A stretch of DNA of 64,000 nt from Rhynchopus sp. YZ270_cl-10 (Eukaryota), in the NCBI GenBank assembly GCA_964035575.1, contig OZ037835.1, positions 248,001-312,000 on the forward strand. Reading direction: 5' to 3'. The notes under the pieces are model-generated. The model was not told where the DNA came from, ran no database searches, and was given only the letters and a program-made list of their open reading frames with translations. The translations under genes were made by a program, and so were the position numbers. Positions 1 to 11,935 of the stretch are shown here, piece by piece (within the stretch, counting starts at the first letter, position 1; each line of letters starts with the position of its first letter).

Positions 1-1152
1 CGACATGCCTGCAAGCGTGAGGCCTTGATAGAAGTATTGGAACACAAGCACCGGGGCGGAGGGGAGGCGCAGCAGGCCCACTACGTCCCGATCCTTGAAG
101 AAGGTGGGGAACAGGCACGTCCCCACGACACGCACGACAGGCACCGCAACGAAGCAGGCAGCTATGAAGGTCGCCAGCATCGCAATGTTGGCGGCGACGG
201 CGCCGACGGGCTTGCTGTTGTCCAGCGAGAAGCCTGTCGGGTGCAGTGCCGTCGAGAGGTCGTGCGAGCAGCCTTTGCTCACCAAAGCCAGACGCAGTGC
301 AGCACCACTGGAGAACCCCGACGCTGAGCTTGCCACAGCGAGTGTCGTGGATGAGTCCTCAAACCCCATCAGGTCCACCTTCACGTCTGCGATGCTCGTC
401 AGAGGCGGTGGTGCAGTGTCGTTCAGAGTGTCCACGAAGTCTGGTGCTGGAGTCGGTGGTGCCAACGTTGCAGGTGCCGGTGTCGGCGGTGAAGGGGTTG
501 GAGGCGAAAGTGTGGGTACCAATGTCGCTGGAGCATCTGTAGCAGGTGCGTCTGTGTCAGGTGCATCTGTAGGTGGTGCTGTTGGCGGTGCATCAGTGTC
601 CGGAGCATTTGTCGCATCGCACGCATAGAACTTGAAGTTCTTGACGGTGCCGTCGAGCGGCGTATCTTGGGCCCACGGGCTGCTCTTCACCTGGTTGATC
701 GTGCGTGTGACCATGAGGGGAAGAGCTGCGACGCCACTCACGCGCTCGACACCATCGATGTAGAGCACAGCCGTCCCTGTCGTAGGGCCCGTGCGTGTGT
801 ACACCAGCACCATAGACATCTCGACACCCAACGGCGAGGCTACGGGGTCCGAGATCCCAACCTGCATTGTGGCGCCGTGGTACACATGGGAGTCCCACTT
901 CCCCTCATATAGCCCAAGCAGCACATTGTCCTGGTCTCGTCCATTCGAAAAGTCAAACACACGTCCCCAAGACGTCACTGCATTCACGGTCACATCCGCC
1001 TCCATCCGGAACCCACCCCCAAAGGTTAGAGTTCGGGTAGAGTCAAGTTCACTGCTGTCTGCGAACGACGTGAGCAGGATGGGATCAGCACACGGCTGTG
1101 GTGGCACAGCTGCAGCACTGCATATCAAAGCAGACAAGAATGCAAATCGCAT
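1..1152 (-). CDS. LamG/ConA-like lectin + Pro/Thr stalk + multi-TM receptor (3'-truncated by window edge)
   Basis: Manual translation from ATG 1152: MRFAFLSALICSAAA (signal peptide), ...WGRVFDFSNGRDQDNVLLG...LYIDG...RTINQVKSSPWAQDTPLDGTVKNFKFY (LamG_3-like), then a short DAP/PTP stalk, then a TM module nearly identical to 8423-8870 and 26309-26764. Absent from the ORF track because it runs off the edge. Confidence 0.85.
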   Translation of the reverse strand, partial: MRFAFLSALICSAAAVPPQPCADPILLTSFADSSELDSTRTLTFGGGFRMEADVTVNAVTSWGRVFDFSNGRDQDNVLLGLYEGKWDSHVYHGATMQVGISDPVASPLGVEMSMVLVYTRTGPTTGTAVLYIDGVERVSGVAALPLMVTRTINQVKSSPWAQDTPLDGTVKNFKFYACDATNAPDTDAPPTAPPTDAPDTDAPATDAPATLVPTLSPPTPSPPTPAPATLAPPTPAPDFVDTLNDTAPPPLTSIADVKVDLMGFEDSSTTLAVASSASGFSSGAALRLALVSKGCSHDLSTALHPTGFSLDNSKPVGAVAANIAMLATFIAACFVAVPVVRVVGTCLFPTFFKDRDVVGLLRLPSAPVLVFQYFYQGLTLAGMS

Positions 1153-1579
1153 TTCTGTAGTGTGGTGTAATGTGGTGGGTTGGAGAGGGTGGGGTGGTGG
1201 GGGGCAGGTGTAGCCGTAATTCCGGGGGTCAAAACCCGCGATCCCCGATCCCCGATCCCCGGCTTAATTTAGGGGGGGGTTTTATGAGGAAAAATCAGGA
1301 AAACGGTAAAAAAATGTCAAAAATCTGTTCGTTTGCACACTGTGAAAAAAATCGCGACCCACCGCTGAAAGCGCAAGGTGTTAACCTTGTGAGAGCCTGT
1401 GAGAGCTTACTGAGAGCTTATGAGGTCCTGTGCTGTGGTAGCGCACAGTACATAGAGTACACACATTGCTTTCTTCAGGGTCTGTTATGTGTGTGATGTA
1501 TTGTACGACTTCGCAACTAGAGTGTTCAGGTCAACGAAGTTCAAAGAATGGGAAAGGGATACTGTGCTCACATTGTTGA

Positions 1580-2720
1580 AATGGGGTTGGGGCTGTGGTG
1601 GGTGAACATGGTCAAAGAAAAACAACACCTCACCAAAGCCGCTTCCTTTGTAGGTAGCCGTACACATTGAGGAGCACTCATGCGCACGTTTTGCGGGGAA
1701 AACATGTCGTTGCGCACTCACTGAGGACTGTTGTGGTGACATGGCTTGACACGTCCAGCTTGTCCAAGTCTTTGCAAAGTGACTTCGATAACGTGTCTAC
1801 CTTTTGCCTGGTGGAATCAGGTCAGAAGTTGTGAAATGGGAAAATGGGGAGAGGGTGACGTTTGCTGAACGAGCGCTATGAGGGGTTTCTTAGAAAAAAA
1901 ACTTGTTTGTTCTCTGCACTAACATCACTTGGCAACATTCATTTTAACCAAAAACCAAAAACTTGCCCACGTGTGAACTCCACGCATTTTCTAATTAGAA
2001 CGGTACGAGACGAGAAGTGAGCAGGCATAGCTTGGGGGTGGGGCCTTGAAAGCTTGGGAAAGGACGAGTCAAGCGGACTGGTCAATTTCTTGACCATCAA
2101 GAAAGAAAAGGTGTGATGAACCTAAGCCTACGTGTGCTTAGTCACCTTTGCACACATTCGGTGTCGCTCATCAAGAAACAACAAAAAAAAAAAGTATGCA
2201 GCAAACAATAGTAATATGATGAAGACAATGACTCTTGCAACAAAAAAAAAATCGGCAGAGGGATTCATCGCAAAATGCCACGTTATGGGTTGCCTTTGCT
2301 GGCTTGCGGAAAAGTAGCCGACCCAAAAACTGTGGTCAAGCGAATTCATTTTCTGCCGGTGCGTTTTGATGCAAGGTACTGCTCCAAGTAAGAAAGCTGA
2401 AAGATGAATGTGCCTCGCGCTGCATAAGGCATACGGCGTGGGGGCAAAATACCGGTTTTGGGGGGGGACAATTTCACGGGGGAGAGTCGGTAAAAAAAAA
2501 CTAAAAAAAGATTGTGGCTCTAAAGGTGTGCGTGTCTCTACAGACGCCACACCAGCAGAAGATGACACGAGGCTGGCTTTGCCATTGTAGCCTTCCCCTC
2601 ATAGCGACGCTGGGAAAGGAACAGGTGGGTTGCAAACTATCGCGCAGGCGCACGGTGCGCTTCGCCACGCTGCATGCTTCCGTTTCCTTCGGCGTTTGAC
2701 CAAGTTCTGGTCTCCCACGG
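1580..2720. repeat. Segmental duplicate of about 15890-17600, including an orphan UBL-LRR 5' flank with no CDS
   Basis: GTTGGGGCTGTGGTGGGTGAACATGGTCAAAG... is identical to the region upstream of ATG 15846; colinear with indels. Confidence 0.85.
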
Positions 2721-3156
2721 TGTGCCCTTGAGCGCGTGAGAAGGGAGGAGCACAAGAGGGTGAAAACAGTTAGAGCGACCGTAGCATTTCCCCTGTCAAC
2801 TTCGTTTGACCATTTTCTTTCCTTACTTCAAAAACTCTCTCTTTTTTAATTTCTAATTATTTGGTTTTGGTTGAGACACATCAATGGTGTCGGTTCTGTG
2901 GAATCACTGAACCACCCATATCCTGTATCACATCGTTGATTATTCTTTCCCTGCGTTGACTGCAGGAAAGTTCGCGAGCTATCGCGACCACCATTTTTAA
3001 AAAAGATGAAAAGCAGAGAGTTAAAAAAGGAGAAAGAACAGCAAAAAACGTTGTGTGAAAAAGTTTTTTCTGTCAAGTGTTTTTGTGCGTTAGCGGAGAA
3101 GAAAACAGTTTTCGATAAAAGGCTCCTGCGTCGGTTTTCTCTTTCACAAAAAAAAA

Positions 3157-3596
3157 ACAAGTAATTGCTATCGGAAAAAAAACGGGGTGTGATGTGGAAC
3201 TCCATCCTGTAGAAATAGTCTACAACACACCCAGCATTCTGCTCTTCTGCAGGTATGCTAACGCTCTTCGTACGCTGCCAGACCCACTGGGACGCCAGCA
3301 TCTGAAACGTTCAAGAAGGGGGGCTGTCCTCTTCGTCCAGCACCATCTGCTCGATAGCGTTGTTGGACGCCCGCTCGGCAGGCTCGGCGTGGTCCAGCTC
3401 GTTTTTGTCCACAGGCTCCCACATTGTCGTCGTCGTTGGAGCAGTGCGGAAGGAACACAGAATGCACAGACTACAACACATCGATCACACCAGGTGCATC
3501 AGCACCTCCAGCAAATCGCCAGGATGCTACGGTGGTTTCGAAAATCGCGCGGAGTTTTCCACAGCACACCCCGCTTTTTCCTTAGCAATTACTTGT
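3157..3596. mobile_element. 440-bp element with imperfect ~45-bp terminal inverted repeats; Helitron/Helentron Rep-like remnant (copy 1)
   Basis: Ends ACAAGTAATTGCTA / TAGCAATTACTTGT; near-identical copy at 44426-44864; minus strand encodes VVDYFYRMEF. Confidence 0.7.
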
Positions 3597-3712
3597 CCTT
3601 GTTGTTATTATTGTTTTCAACCACCTTCCTTCAACCCTTGTAGGATCAGTTCATATTTGTTGTTATTTTTTTCGCGAAAACATAAAATTACACATTTCAA
3701 GAGAACAAATTA

Positions 3713-4499
3713 AAAAGGGTCCTTATTTGCATTTTTGGGCTCCGCCCGTGCAGTGGTGGGGTCAATCTCGAAAATTGGACAATTTTTTGACCACTTAAAT
3801 TTTGAGAAATATGAGCCCGGTTGCTTATACGTGGGGCCCATTTTTGGCCAAAATTTTCCTCAAAATCTGGTTTTGTAAAATTGACCCTTTACTCCCCCCC
3901 CACATCGATTTCAATACTATACCTTACTTCACCTACGGTTGCCCTTACAGGGGGGGTGAAGGAAGGTAAGTTGAAAAGGGTCCTTATTTGCATTTTTGGG
4001 CTCCGCCCGTGCAGTGGTGGGGTCAATCTCGAAAATTGGACAATTTTTTGACCACTTAAATTTTGAGAAATATGAGCCCGGTTGCTTATACGTGGGGCCC
4101 ATTTTTGGCCAAAATTTTCCTCAAAATCTGGTTTTGTAAAATTGACCCTTTACTCCCCCCCCACATCGATTTCAATACTATACCTTACTTCACCTACGGT
4201 TGCCCTTACAGGGGGGGTGAAGGAAGGTAAGTTGAAAAGGGTCCTTATTTGCATTTTTGGGCTCCGCCCGTGCAGTGGTGGGGTCAATCTCGAAAATTGG
4301 ACAATTTTTTGACCACTTAAATTTTGAGAAATATGAGCCCGGTTGCTTATACGTGGGGCCCATTTTTGGCCAAAATTTTCCTCAAAATCTGGTTTTGTAA
4401 AATTGACCCTTTACTCCCCCCCCACATCGATTTCAATACTATACCTTACTTCACCTACGGTTGCCCTTACAGGGGGGGTGAAGGAAGGTAAGTTGAAAA
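3713..4499. repeat. Three identical tandem copies of a 261-bp unit
   Basis: The same ORF recurs at 3821, 4082 and 4343 (period 261; the third differs only where it runs out of the array). A single diverged copy lies at about 46650-46926. Confidence 0.95.
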
Positions 4500-4510
4500 C
4501 AAAAAATTAT

Positions 4511-4610
4511 TACGCATCCATTTGCCGTTTGGATAAAGAAAACAAAGACGAAACGGGTTTTGGGGGGCAGAGTCAAAATTCTTGAACGCATCCCCACACT
4601 CAGTCACACT
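4511..4610. repeat. Dispersed ~100-bp intergenic repeat
   Basis: TACGCATCCA...TTTGGATAAAGAAAAC...CTTGAACGCATCCCCACACTCAGTCA; similar copies near 11235, 18620, 19755 and 61930. Confidence 0.85.
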
Positions 4611-5687
4611 TTCAAACAAAAACACGAAAGTGTCACTTGTCGTTCCCTCACCCCCCTTTCTTGTAGTTGTTTGATGCGTTGACGCTTCCACACATAAAAA
4701 TCACCTGTTGGGTGGTGTTGCGGAGCACGGTTGGGTGAGTGAACGACGTGACACTTTCCGCTCACAAAGTAGTGTGCGTCAAAAAAAAATACCAATAAAA
4801 AAGAAGACAAAAGAAAGAACATTCTCTTCAAGATACGTCTATAGTACTAGGGAGATAATACACTAAGAACAAGAAGGTTGCCGCCAAGCAACCTAGTTCC
4901 ACAAAACCCCGGTTCCCCTGCAGACCAGGTGACCGCACGATGAGAACAAAATTTTTTTTTGTGAGATGATCGACACCTTACAGGCCAGTCATCTTAAGGG
5001 CATACCCTCAAAAGTAAAAATAATGTTTCATGGGTGTGGCCCAAAAAGAAGTCTACACAAAAAAATGGGTTTTGAAGATTAGTATCCTCCTCCTATCATA
5101 GCGAGATCCATTCAAGAGAACAAAGCGTTGGGAGGGACGCAACCACGGTGACCAGTATGATGTGGGAGAGACGTTAAAAAAGTGGACGAAAATACTGGTT
5201 GAGAAATTGCTCTCCCCGCGCGGAGGGGGCAAATATAGTACCAACCAGTATCCGACCCCAGTGTCTGGGAGAGGGTATGCTAATTTTTGACGCTCTCCCC
5301 GCTCATACTGGCCACGTGACTGACACCCCTCTATTCGGAAACGCATCTATGTATCTCAAGGATGAAGGACCAACAGAAGATCAAGAAAACACAGTTCCAA
5401 AATATTTTATAACGCATTCAGATGATTCTTGCACCAAAAAAGAAAAAAAAATGGGCAAATAGAAACTAACTTCAGGTTCTGAATAAAAAGAAACCAAATG
5501 AAAAACAAACTTTTTCGTTTATCGCTCCGCAAGCTTGATGTGTTTTTTCGCTGAAGTGTGTATTGTGTTGTGAGAGAGAAACAATGAGTGAGAAAAACAC
5601 AAGCTGGAGGGCACGCACCTTCCGTCGTTTCTATTTCCTATTGTCAAGTATCTTGACTTACAAAAAAAAAAAAACAAAAACGCCAAA

Positions 5688-5887
5688 GGGAAGGCTAGTT
5701 TTTCCATTTAATATTACAAAGTAACAATAAACCATTTTTTCCAGTGACGCCTCCTATGTAGCACGGAAAAACCGTTTTTCTGAATTGTCATTTATTGTTA
5801 CAACAAGGCGGACGTGCACATCCGAAAACACTTGCATTTGCATTTCCGGTATGCTTTGTAACATTAAATGGAAAAACGAGCCTTCCC
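5688..5887. mobile_element. Short MITE, GGGAAGGCT TIR family (internally deleted)
   Basis: GGGAAGGCTAGTTTTTCCATTTAAT...ATTAAATGGAAAAACGAGCCTTCCC, flanked by AAA on both sides; internal sequence is the inverse of 6307-6667. Confidence 0.7.
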
Positions 5888-6306
5888 AAAAAAGGAAAAA
5901 AATGAGTTCAACCTTACCCTTACTAAAAAGGGAGGGGAAGTTGTGGAAAATAACAAGTTTGGTGCTCCTGACTGACGACGGTACTTCTTGCGTACTTCTT
6001 GCGTACTTCTCACGTACTCAGTGCGTAGTTGTTGCGTACTTGGTATTTTGGATTCCTGGGGTACCAAAGTTTAAAAAAAATTTGGTGGGATGGCGGTTCT
6101 TATTGGTACAAAAAAATAGCACAAGACTGTCAAGGACAAAATAGAAATCGCACAAACAATAAAACAATAAAGACAAAAGGGAGAGGTTGTGGTGAAACGC
6201 ACACATCTCGACCTGTCGGTAAAATGTGGCTCTACTCCAACCCGCCCCAGAATAGAAATTGAAACCACATTTCTACTTTAACTTTTTATGCTTTTCATCC
6301 CCGTAA

Positions 6307-6667
6307 GGGAAGGCTCGTTTTTCCATTTAATGTTACAAAGTAACAATAAAGGGGGGGGAGGGGGTCCGACCGAAATCCGGGGAAAAAACTTTTTTTTTTG
6401 TAACAATGGCGGGAAAAAGTGGCTTTTTCCAACAACAAGAACTTGTCCATTTCGGCAGATTGACCCCACCACAGCGTGGACGGATTCCGGAAATGCAAAT
6501 GCGGGTGTTTTCGGATGTGCACGTCCACTGCGCCTTGTTGTTACAATAAATGAAAATTCGGAAAAACGGTTTTTCCGTGTAACATAGGGGGTGGGGAGGG
6601 GGGGGGGTCACCGGGAAAAATGGTTTATTGTTACTTTGTAACATTAAAAGGAAAAACGAGCCTTCCC
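6307..6667. mobile_element. MITE with ~44-bp TIRs and TAA target-site duplication (PIF/Harbinger- or Zator-like)
   Basis: TAA|GGGAAGGCTCGTTTTTCCATTTAATGTTACAAAGTAACAATAAA ... TTTATTGTTACTTTGTAACATTAAAAGGAAAAACGAGCCTTCCC|TAA. Confidence 0.85.
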
Positions 6668-7203
6668 TAAACAATAAAGCAATAAAAACAATAAAGACAA
6701 AAGGGAGGTTGTGGTGAAACGTGAAAACATGAAGAATGGGGATAAACGAAAATGGGTACTAGGAAATTGGGTACCACCGAATTTACCCTAAAAACAATAA
6801 AGACAAAAGGGAAAGGTTGTGGCGAAACGCACACATCTCGATCTGTCGGTGAAATGTGGCTCTACTCCAACCCGCCCCAGAACAGAAAATAGAAAAAGGA
6901 AGGGAGTAGGGGTACGGTGTTCAAGTTCCTTTTAGCATTGTATTCAAAAAAGGTGCCCCTTCAGTGCACCAGGTACAGAGCATCTTTCAAGAAAATCGAA
7001 CATTAGCTCCGCACCACGCACTCATGCCACCCAAAAATACACATGGTGATCCGGGAGGCACAAAAACAATACCAAAAAAAAAACAAAACAAAAAAAAAAC
7101 AAAAGCTCCCAAGCAATTTGTGAAACGCAATTCTCCTTCTCTCGTCTCTCTCGGACCTTCCAAATGATTTGTGTTGCGAAGGAGACCTTTCCAACACACT
7201 ATG

Positions 7204-10200
7204 CTAGACGCACCAACCCACCCCTCCCGTCTGGTCTGCGTGTGAAGGAGCTATAACTAATCCATTCCCGTGAAACACACTACTGCGACGACGCTGGGAT
7301 CGGGGGCTGTGCTGCCTGCCGTGTCGGGGGGCCTGCAGGGTGCCTCTTCCACGTCCACCTCCTCCGTCTGCTTCTTCTAAGTCGCGACCACTGATGCCTG
7401 TGGTGGTAGGTGCACTGCCACCACCGTAGATGGTAGCACTGCCCCCAGCCTCGTCGGCAAGAAATGAATCCCTCAGCCCTGCCACAAGAGGGGTGAAACT
7501 GTCCCTGTTATCCAGGAAGCCTTCACTGCCACGGCCGCGGGAGTGCGGTAAAAGATGTTTGGTGGGTGTGATGGGGACTTGCCGTGGTGTTTCATGTGCC
7601 CAGTTTTTTGGTGTAGGACAGCTCAAGAGCTCAAGACCGTTTTCGATGTCGACGCTGAGGAGCGAGGCATTAGGCATCTCGGCGCGGGTGTCGCTCTGCC
7701 GATCGGAGGTGTCTGACTGTGTGGTCTCGAGAATGCACCCACCTTGGGGATGTATGAGGAGGGCTGATTTGTTCAAAACGTCTTCCTGAAGGTTGCCCCT
7801 ACGTCCTGATGTGATGACGTATACTTCGGTAAGGATGTCTAAAGCAATTTTGACAACCAGAAGAATGAAGGCCACAGTCAGCAGCTTGGAGGAGACGTCA
7901 AACAGCCATGAGTCCAGCGTGGCCGTGTAGTACCCTGCAGCCATCACCACCATCGCGGCGAGCTGCGTGCCCAGGAGGAGGATGTCCAGCGCAGCATCCC
8001 TGGAGCGTGCGTGAGGCCAGAACAGACCTTCCAGCATCAGGAGAACTAAGAAGACAAGCCCAGAAGCCATCTTGACGTGCCCACACCCTTCGCTTGTCTC
8101 AGGCGCCGTGCTCTGAATCGCGCTCAGCGCGAAGGAAGAGACAAACTCGATAAGAAGAAACCACGTCGCGCCCTGCTTGTACGGGCGGATCACGGTGTAG
8201 CGCTGCACCCACATCGGGTTACGTTGCATGGACACCCACTCCCCTTCGCCTAGGAGCGAGATAAGTGCACGGTTCTGTCTTCCTTCCGCTCTCGCATACA
8301 CACCGTACGCAGGAACACCTTGAGTGATGGTGAGGTGCAACACCACAGGCACCACAGCGCACACCAGCAGAATAGCCACACCCACAGCAGCATGCCAGCC
8401 CTTCTCCGGGTAGAACACAAGCGACATGCCTGCAAGCGTGAGGCCTTGATAGAAGTATTGGAACACAAGCACCGGGGCGGAGGGGAGGCGCAGCAGGCCC
8501 ACTACGTCCAGATCCTTGAAGAAGGTGGGGAACAGGCAGGTCCCCACGACACGCACGACAGGCACCGCAACGAAGCAGGCAGCTATGAAGGTCGCCAGCA
8601 TCGCAATGTTGGCGGCAACGGCGCCGACGGGCTTGCTGTTGTCCAGCGAGAGGCCTGTGGGGTGCAGTGCCGTCGAGAGGTCGTGCGAGCAGCCTTTGCT
8701 CACCAAAGCCAGACGCAGTGCAGCACCACCGGAGAACCCCGCCGCTGAGCTTGCCACAGCGAGTGTCGTGGATGAGTCCTCAAACCCCATCAGGTCCACC
8801 ACCTTCACGTCTGCGATGCTCATCAGAGGCGGTGGTGCAGTGTCGTTCAGAGTGGCCACGAAGTCTGGTGCCACAGTCGCGTGAGGCACTGTGGTTTCGG
8901 GAACGTCTGTGGCAGGGAGTGCAGCAGGTGTGTAGGTCGTTGGTGTTGTGGTGTCCATGGGTGTGTCGGTGGCCAGTGGTGTGTAAGTAGCGGCGTAGAG
9001 TGGTGCTGCAGTGAGGGGTGTGGCCGTGTCTGGTGCAGGTGTCGGTGCTGTGGTGAGTGGTGGCAGGGTGGCAGGCGGGGATGTTGCTGGTGGTGCTGTT
9101 GCCGGTGCAAGCGTCGGAGGTGCAAGAGTCTCAGGTGCTTGTGTTTCAGGTGCCAGTGTGGCTGGTGACAAAGTCGGTGGTGGCAAGGTGGCTGGCGCTC
9201 CCGTCAGTGGTGGGTTCGTCACCGGTGCTGGTGTTGCAGGTGCTTGTGTCGGTGGTGCCGCTGTTGCTGGTGCCGGTGTAAGTGGTGCCAGTGTTGGCGG
9301 GGCTGGAGTCAGTGGTGCAGAGGTCGCAGGTGCCACTGTTGCAGGCACAAGTGTAGGTGGTGCCACTGTAAGTGGTGCAGATGTAAGGGGCGCCGCTGTT
9401 GCCGGTGCCGGTGTTGGTGGTGCCAAAGTTGCCGGCACTGGCGTTGGCGCCAATGTTGGCGGAGCGGGTGTTACTGGAGCTGTTGTAGGTGGTGCTGGCG
9501 TCTGCGGTGCTGGTGTCGGAGGCGCCACTGTCGGTGGTGCTGGTGTTGGTGGTGCCAGAGTTGGCGGTGAAGGTGTGGGTGCTAATGTTGGAGGTGCTGG
9601 CGTCGGAGGTGCTGGTGTTGGAGGTGCTGGTGTGGGCGCCAGTGTAGGTGGTGCCGGTGTTGGTGGTGAAGGGGTTGGAGGCGCGGGTGTGGGTGCCAAT
9701 GTCGGAGGTGCTGGTGTTGGTGGTGCTGGTGTCGGTGGTGCTGGTGTTGGTGGTGCCAAAGTTGGCGGTGAAGGTGTGGGTGCTAATGTTGGAGGTGCTG
9801 GCGTCGGAGGTGCTGGTGTTGGTGGCGCTGGTGTGGGCGCCAGTGTAGGTGGTGCCGGTGTTGGTGGTGAAGGGGTTGGAGGCGCGGGTGTGGGTGCCAA
9901 TGTCGGAGGTGCTGGTGTTGGTGGTGCTGGTGTCGGTGGTGCCGGTGTCTCTGCGTCGTACACAGCTTCGAAGATGCTGTTCCTGTTGCCGCCGCCGCAC
10001 TTTGCGGTTGCATCGCCGTCACACGTGCGCCAGCACTCCGTTTCTGAGTAACTGCCGTACGTACCGTACGTGTTGTCGCAGTAGCACTCACGATGGTACT
10101 GCAGACCGAAGTACCTGAAGGGCGCACCCGTCGCACTCGTTGTGCAGAACGACATACACTTGGCAGGCGAGTTGTACAGGCCTGTCTGCTCAGCATCCCC

Positions 10201-10347
10201 TGTCAGGTCACGTGCCGAGCTCACATCGCCGTAGCACCCTTGGTACACTGCCACGTACGTTGCCCCCTCGCACTGTGGCAGAGCCAGCAGGACGGCCACC
10301 GCACAGAGCACACCTCTCACACTGCTCATGTGCATATGCAATTGCAT
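7204..10347 (-). CDS. WSC-domain, PTPAP mucin-stalk, ~7-TM surface receptor (1047 aa)
   Basis: Signal peptide; WSC signature YQGCYGD...C...C...YFGLQY..ECYC...C...CDGD...KCGG..RNS; ~350-aa P/T/A repeats; seven hydrophobic segments; cytosolic tail. The exact start Met is uncertain (three in-frame ATGs). Confidence 0.92.
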   Translation of the reverse strand: MQLHMHMSSVRGVLCAVAVLLALPQCEGATYVAVYQGCYGDVSSARDLTGDAEQTGLYNSPAKCMSFCTTSATGAPFRYFGLQYHRECYCDNTYGTYGSYSETECWRTCDGDATAKCGGGNRNSIFEAVYDAETPAPPTPAPPTPAPPTLAPTPAPPTPSPPTPAPPTLAPTPAPPTPAPPTPAPPTLAPTPSPPTLAPPTPAPPTPAPPTPAPPTLAPTPAPPTPSPPTPAPPTLAPTPAPPTPAPPTPAPPTLAPTPSPPTLAPPTPAPPTVAPPTPAPQTPAPPTTAPVTPAPPTLAPTPVPATLAPPTPAPATAAPLTSAPLTVAPPTLVPATVAPATSAPLTPAPPTLAPLTPAPATAAPPTQAPATPAPVTNPPLTGAPATLPPPTLSPATLAPETQAPETLAPPTLAPATAPPATSPPATLPPLTTAPTPAPDTATPLTAAPLYAATYTPLATDTPMDTTTPTTYTPAALPATDVPETTVPHATVAPDFVATLNDTAPPPLMSIADVKVVDLMGFEDSSTTLAVASSAAGFSGGAALRLALVSKGCSHDLSTALHPTGLSLDNSKPVGAVAANIAMLATFIAACFVAVPVVRVVGTCLFPTFFKDLDVVGLLRLPSAPVLVFQYFYQGLTLAGMSLVFYPEKGWHAAVGVAILLVCAVVPVVLHLTITQGVPAYGVYARAEGRQNRALISLLGEGEWVSMQRNPMWVQRYTVIRPYKQGATWFLLIEFVSSFALSAIQSTAPETSEGCGHVKMASGLVFLVLLMLEGLFWPHARSRDAALDILLLGTQLAAMVVMAAGYYTATLDSWLFDVSSKLLTVAFILLVVKIALDILTEVYVITSGRRGNLQEDVLNKSALLIHPQGGCILETTQSDTSDRQSDTRAEMPNASLLSVDIENGLELLSCPTPKNWAHETPRQVPITPTKHLLPHSRGRGSEGFLDNRDSFTPLVAGLRDSFLADEAGGSATIYGGGSAPTTTGISGRDLEEADGGGGRGRGTLQAPRHGRQHSPRSQRRRSSVFHGNGLVIAPSHADQTGGVGWCV

Positions 10348-11511
10348 CTGGATGTGGTGAGATGGGTGGTTGGGGAAGCGAGGGCAAGGAGGTGGTTAAA
10401 AATAGAGTGTGTGTGCTGCCTTATATTTAAAAATGCTCGAGAGACTCGTTCCTCTTTGCTTGTTGCTCAAAAGACTATAAACGGGGGGGAAAAAAGTAAA
10501 AGTTGTTTGTTGTTCGCTTCCACTGGCAAAAATTCAGGTCAAAATCACTTTTCCGACTATGCCTCGCGGCACAGTGTGTGACAAAACCAGAAAAAAGTAG
10601 CTCGAATAGACTACAAGCTTCTGGGTTCCGGAGGCGCCATCCCAGATTCACACATACGATAAAGTGATAGTTACTCCACTAAATAAATCGAGCAAAAATA
10701 TGGTGAACTCAGCGGTGCCCAGTTTTAAAAGTGCCAAAAACAACCTCTTTCTTTTGACGCATTGTGACTTCCTCAAATACACTTTTCAAGGGTAAAAAAA
10801 TTCGGGCATGATCCTGGATAAACAACAGCGCACGTCAGTTGTCTCACGTACAGTGTACACACCCTGAAAACGTAACCCCTTCCCTCTAGCACAGACTCCA
10901 TCTTTGGTAGTTGGTCTGCCCTACTGCCTCTTCTGCACCGTAGCTGAGTGCCACGGTGACAGCTTGTACCCACCTGCAAAAGAATGTTCGCAAGGTCCCT
11001 TCTTCTTCTAACGTAAAAAAGCGTAAAAAAACATAACAAAACCACACCACACTAAACATCAGAGCACGTGCCTGCAGATGCACAGTTGTTTCACATACAG
11101 TACACACACCCGACAAGGCAAAGAATACAAACATTTTACACAGACTAAATCTTCATCTTTGTGATCAATATCTTGACAATTCCCACAAAAACGTGGACCA
11201 CATTACAAACTGATGCTACCCTCATGAAATTATTACGCATCCACTCGACGTTTGGATAAAGAAAACCAGAGCTGAAAAGGGGTTTGGGGGGAAGAATCTA
11301 ATTCTTGAACGCATCCGACACTCAGTCATACCAAAAATAATAAAACCTACATTCTTGAACTCTTCTACACGACGTGATTTTCATTGGACGCATCCCCTTC
11401 CACGCAACCATGTTGAAGGAGAGCGGGCTGCGCCGGAATAGGCAAAGGTCTAGCGCTCACCCAGTCCACCTCATCCAAAACAAAAGTGTCTCTGGATCTG
11501 CCCTCAAACGG

Positions 11512-11548
<37 letters not shown>

Positions 11549-11935
11549 GAAAAACGCTAATAACTTTTTGACCCCCCTCTGTAAGTGTTGGTTGAATTGG
11601 AGTCGGGGAGCACAAGCAAAGGGCAATGAAAGGAAAACAATGAATAAAAGAACAAGATAGAAGAGCCAGTATTTATGTCTGAACTACACACACAATTCCA
11701 ATCATTCGAACCGAAGACGCCCAAACATTTCGGTCTGTATTATTTCTTTACAACCGTACGCGTACCGCTTCGTCTGTTGTATACAAAAAAAAAGAGGCGA
11801 CCGGATGGAACGAGAGGTTTTTGGTGCTGTGCTACATAGCGGGCTTCCTCAAACACAAATGGCACGTGAGCCACCACTTGGTACCGCGAACCTCCCCAAT
11901 TCTGAGGCATCTGAAACGATCAGCACACATCATCG

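Noticed and set aside
3713..4499. CRISPR-like or coding interpretation of the 261-bp repeats and LRR periodicity
   Set aside because: No repeat-unique spacer structure, no cas genes, eukaryotic context; the 76-aa ORFs start with TTG and have no domain.
9011..10051. 346-aa Gly/Ala/Val-rich plus-strand ORF (also 26897-28072)
   Set aside because: Antisense shadow of the PTPAP stalk codons.
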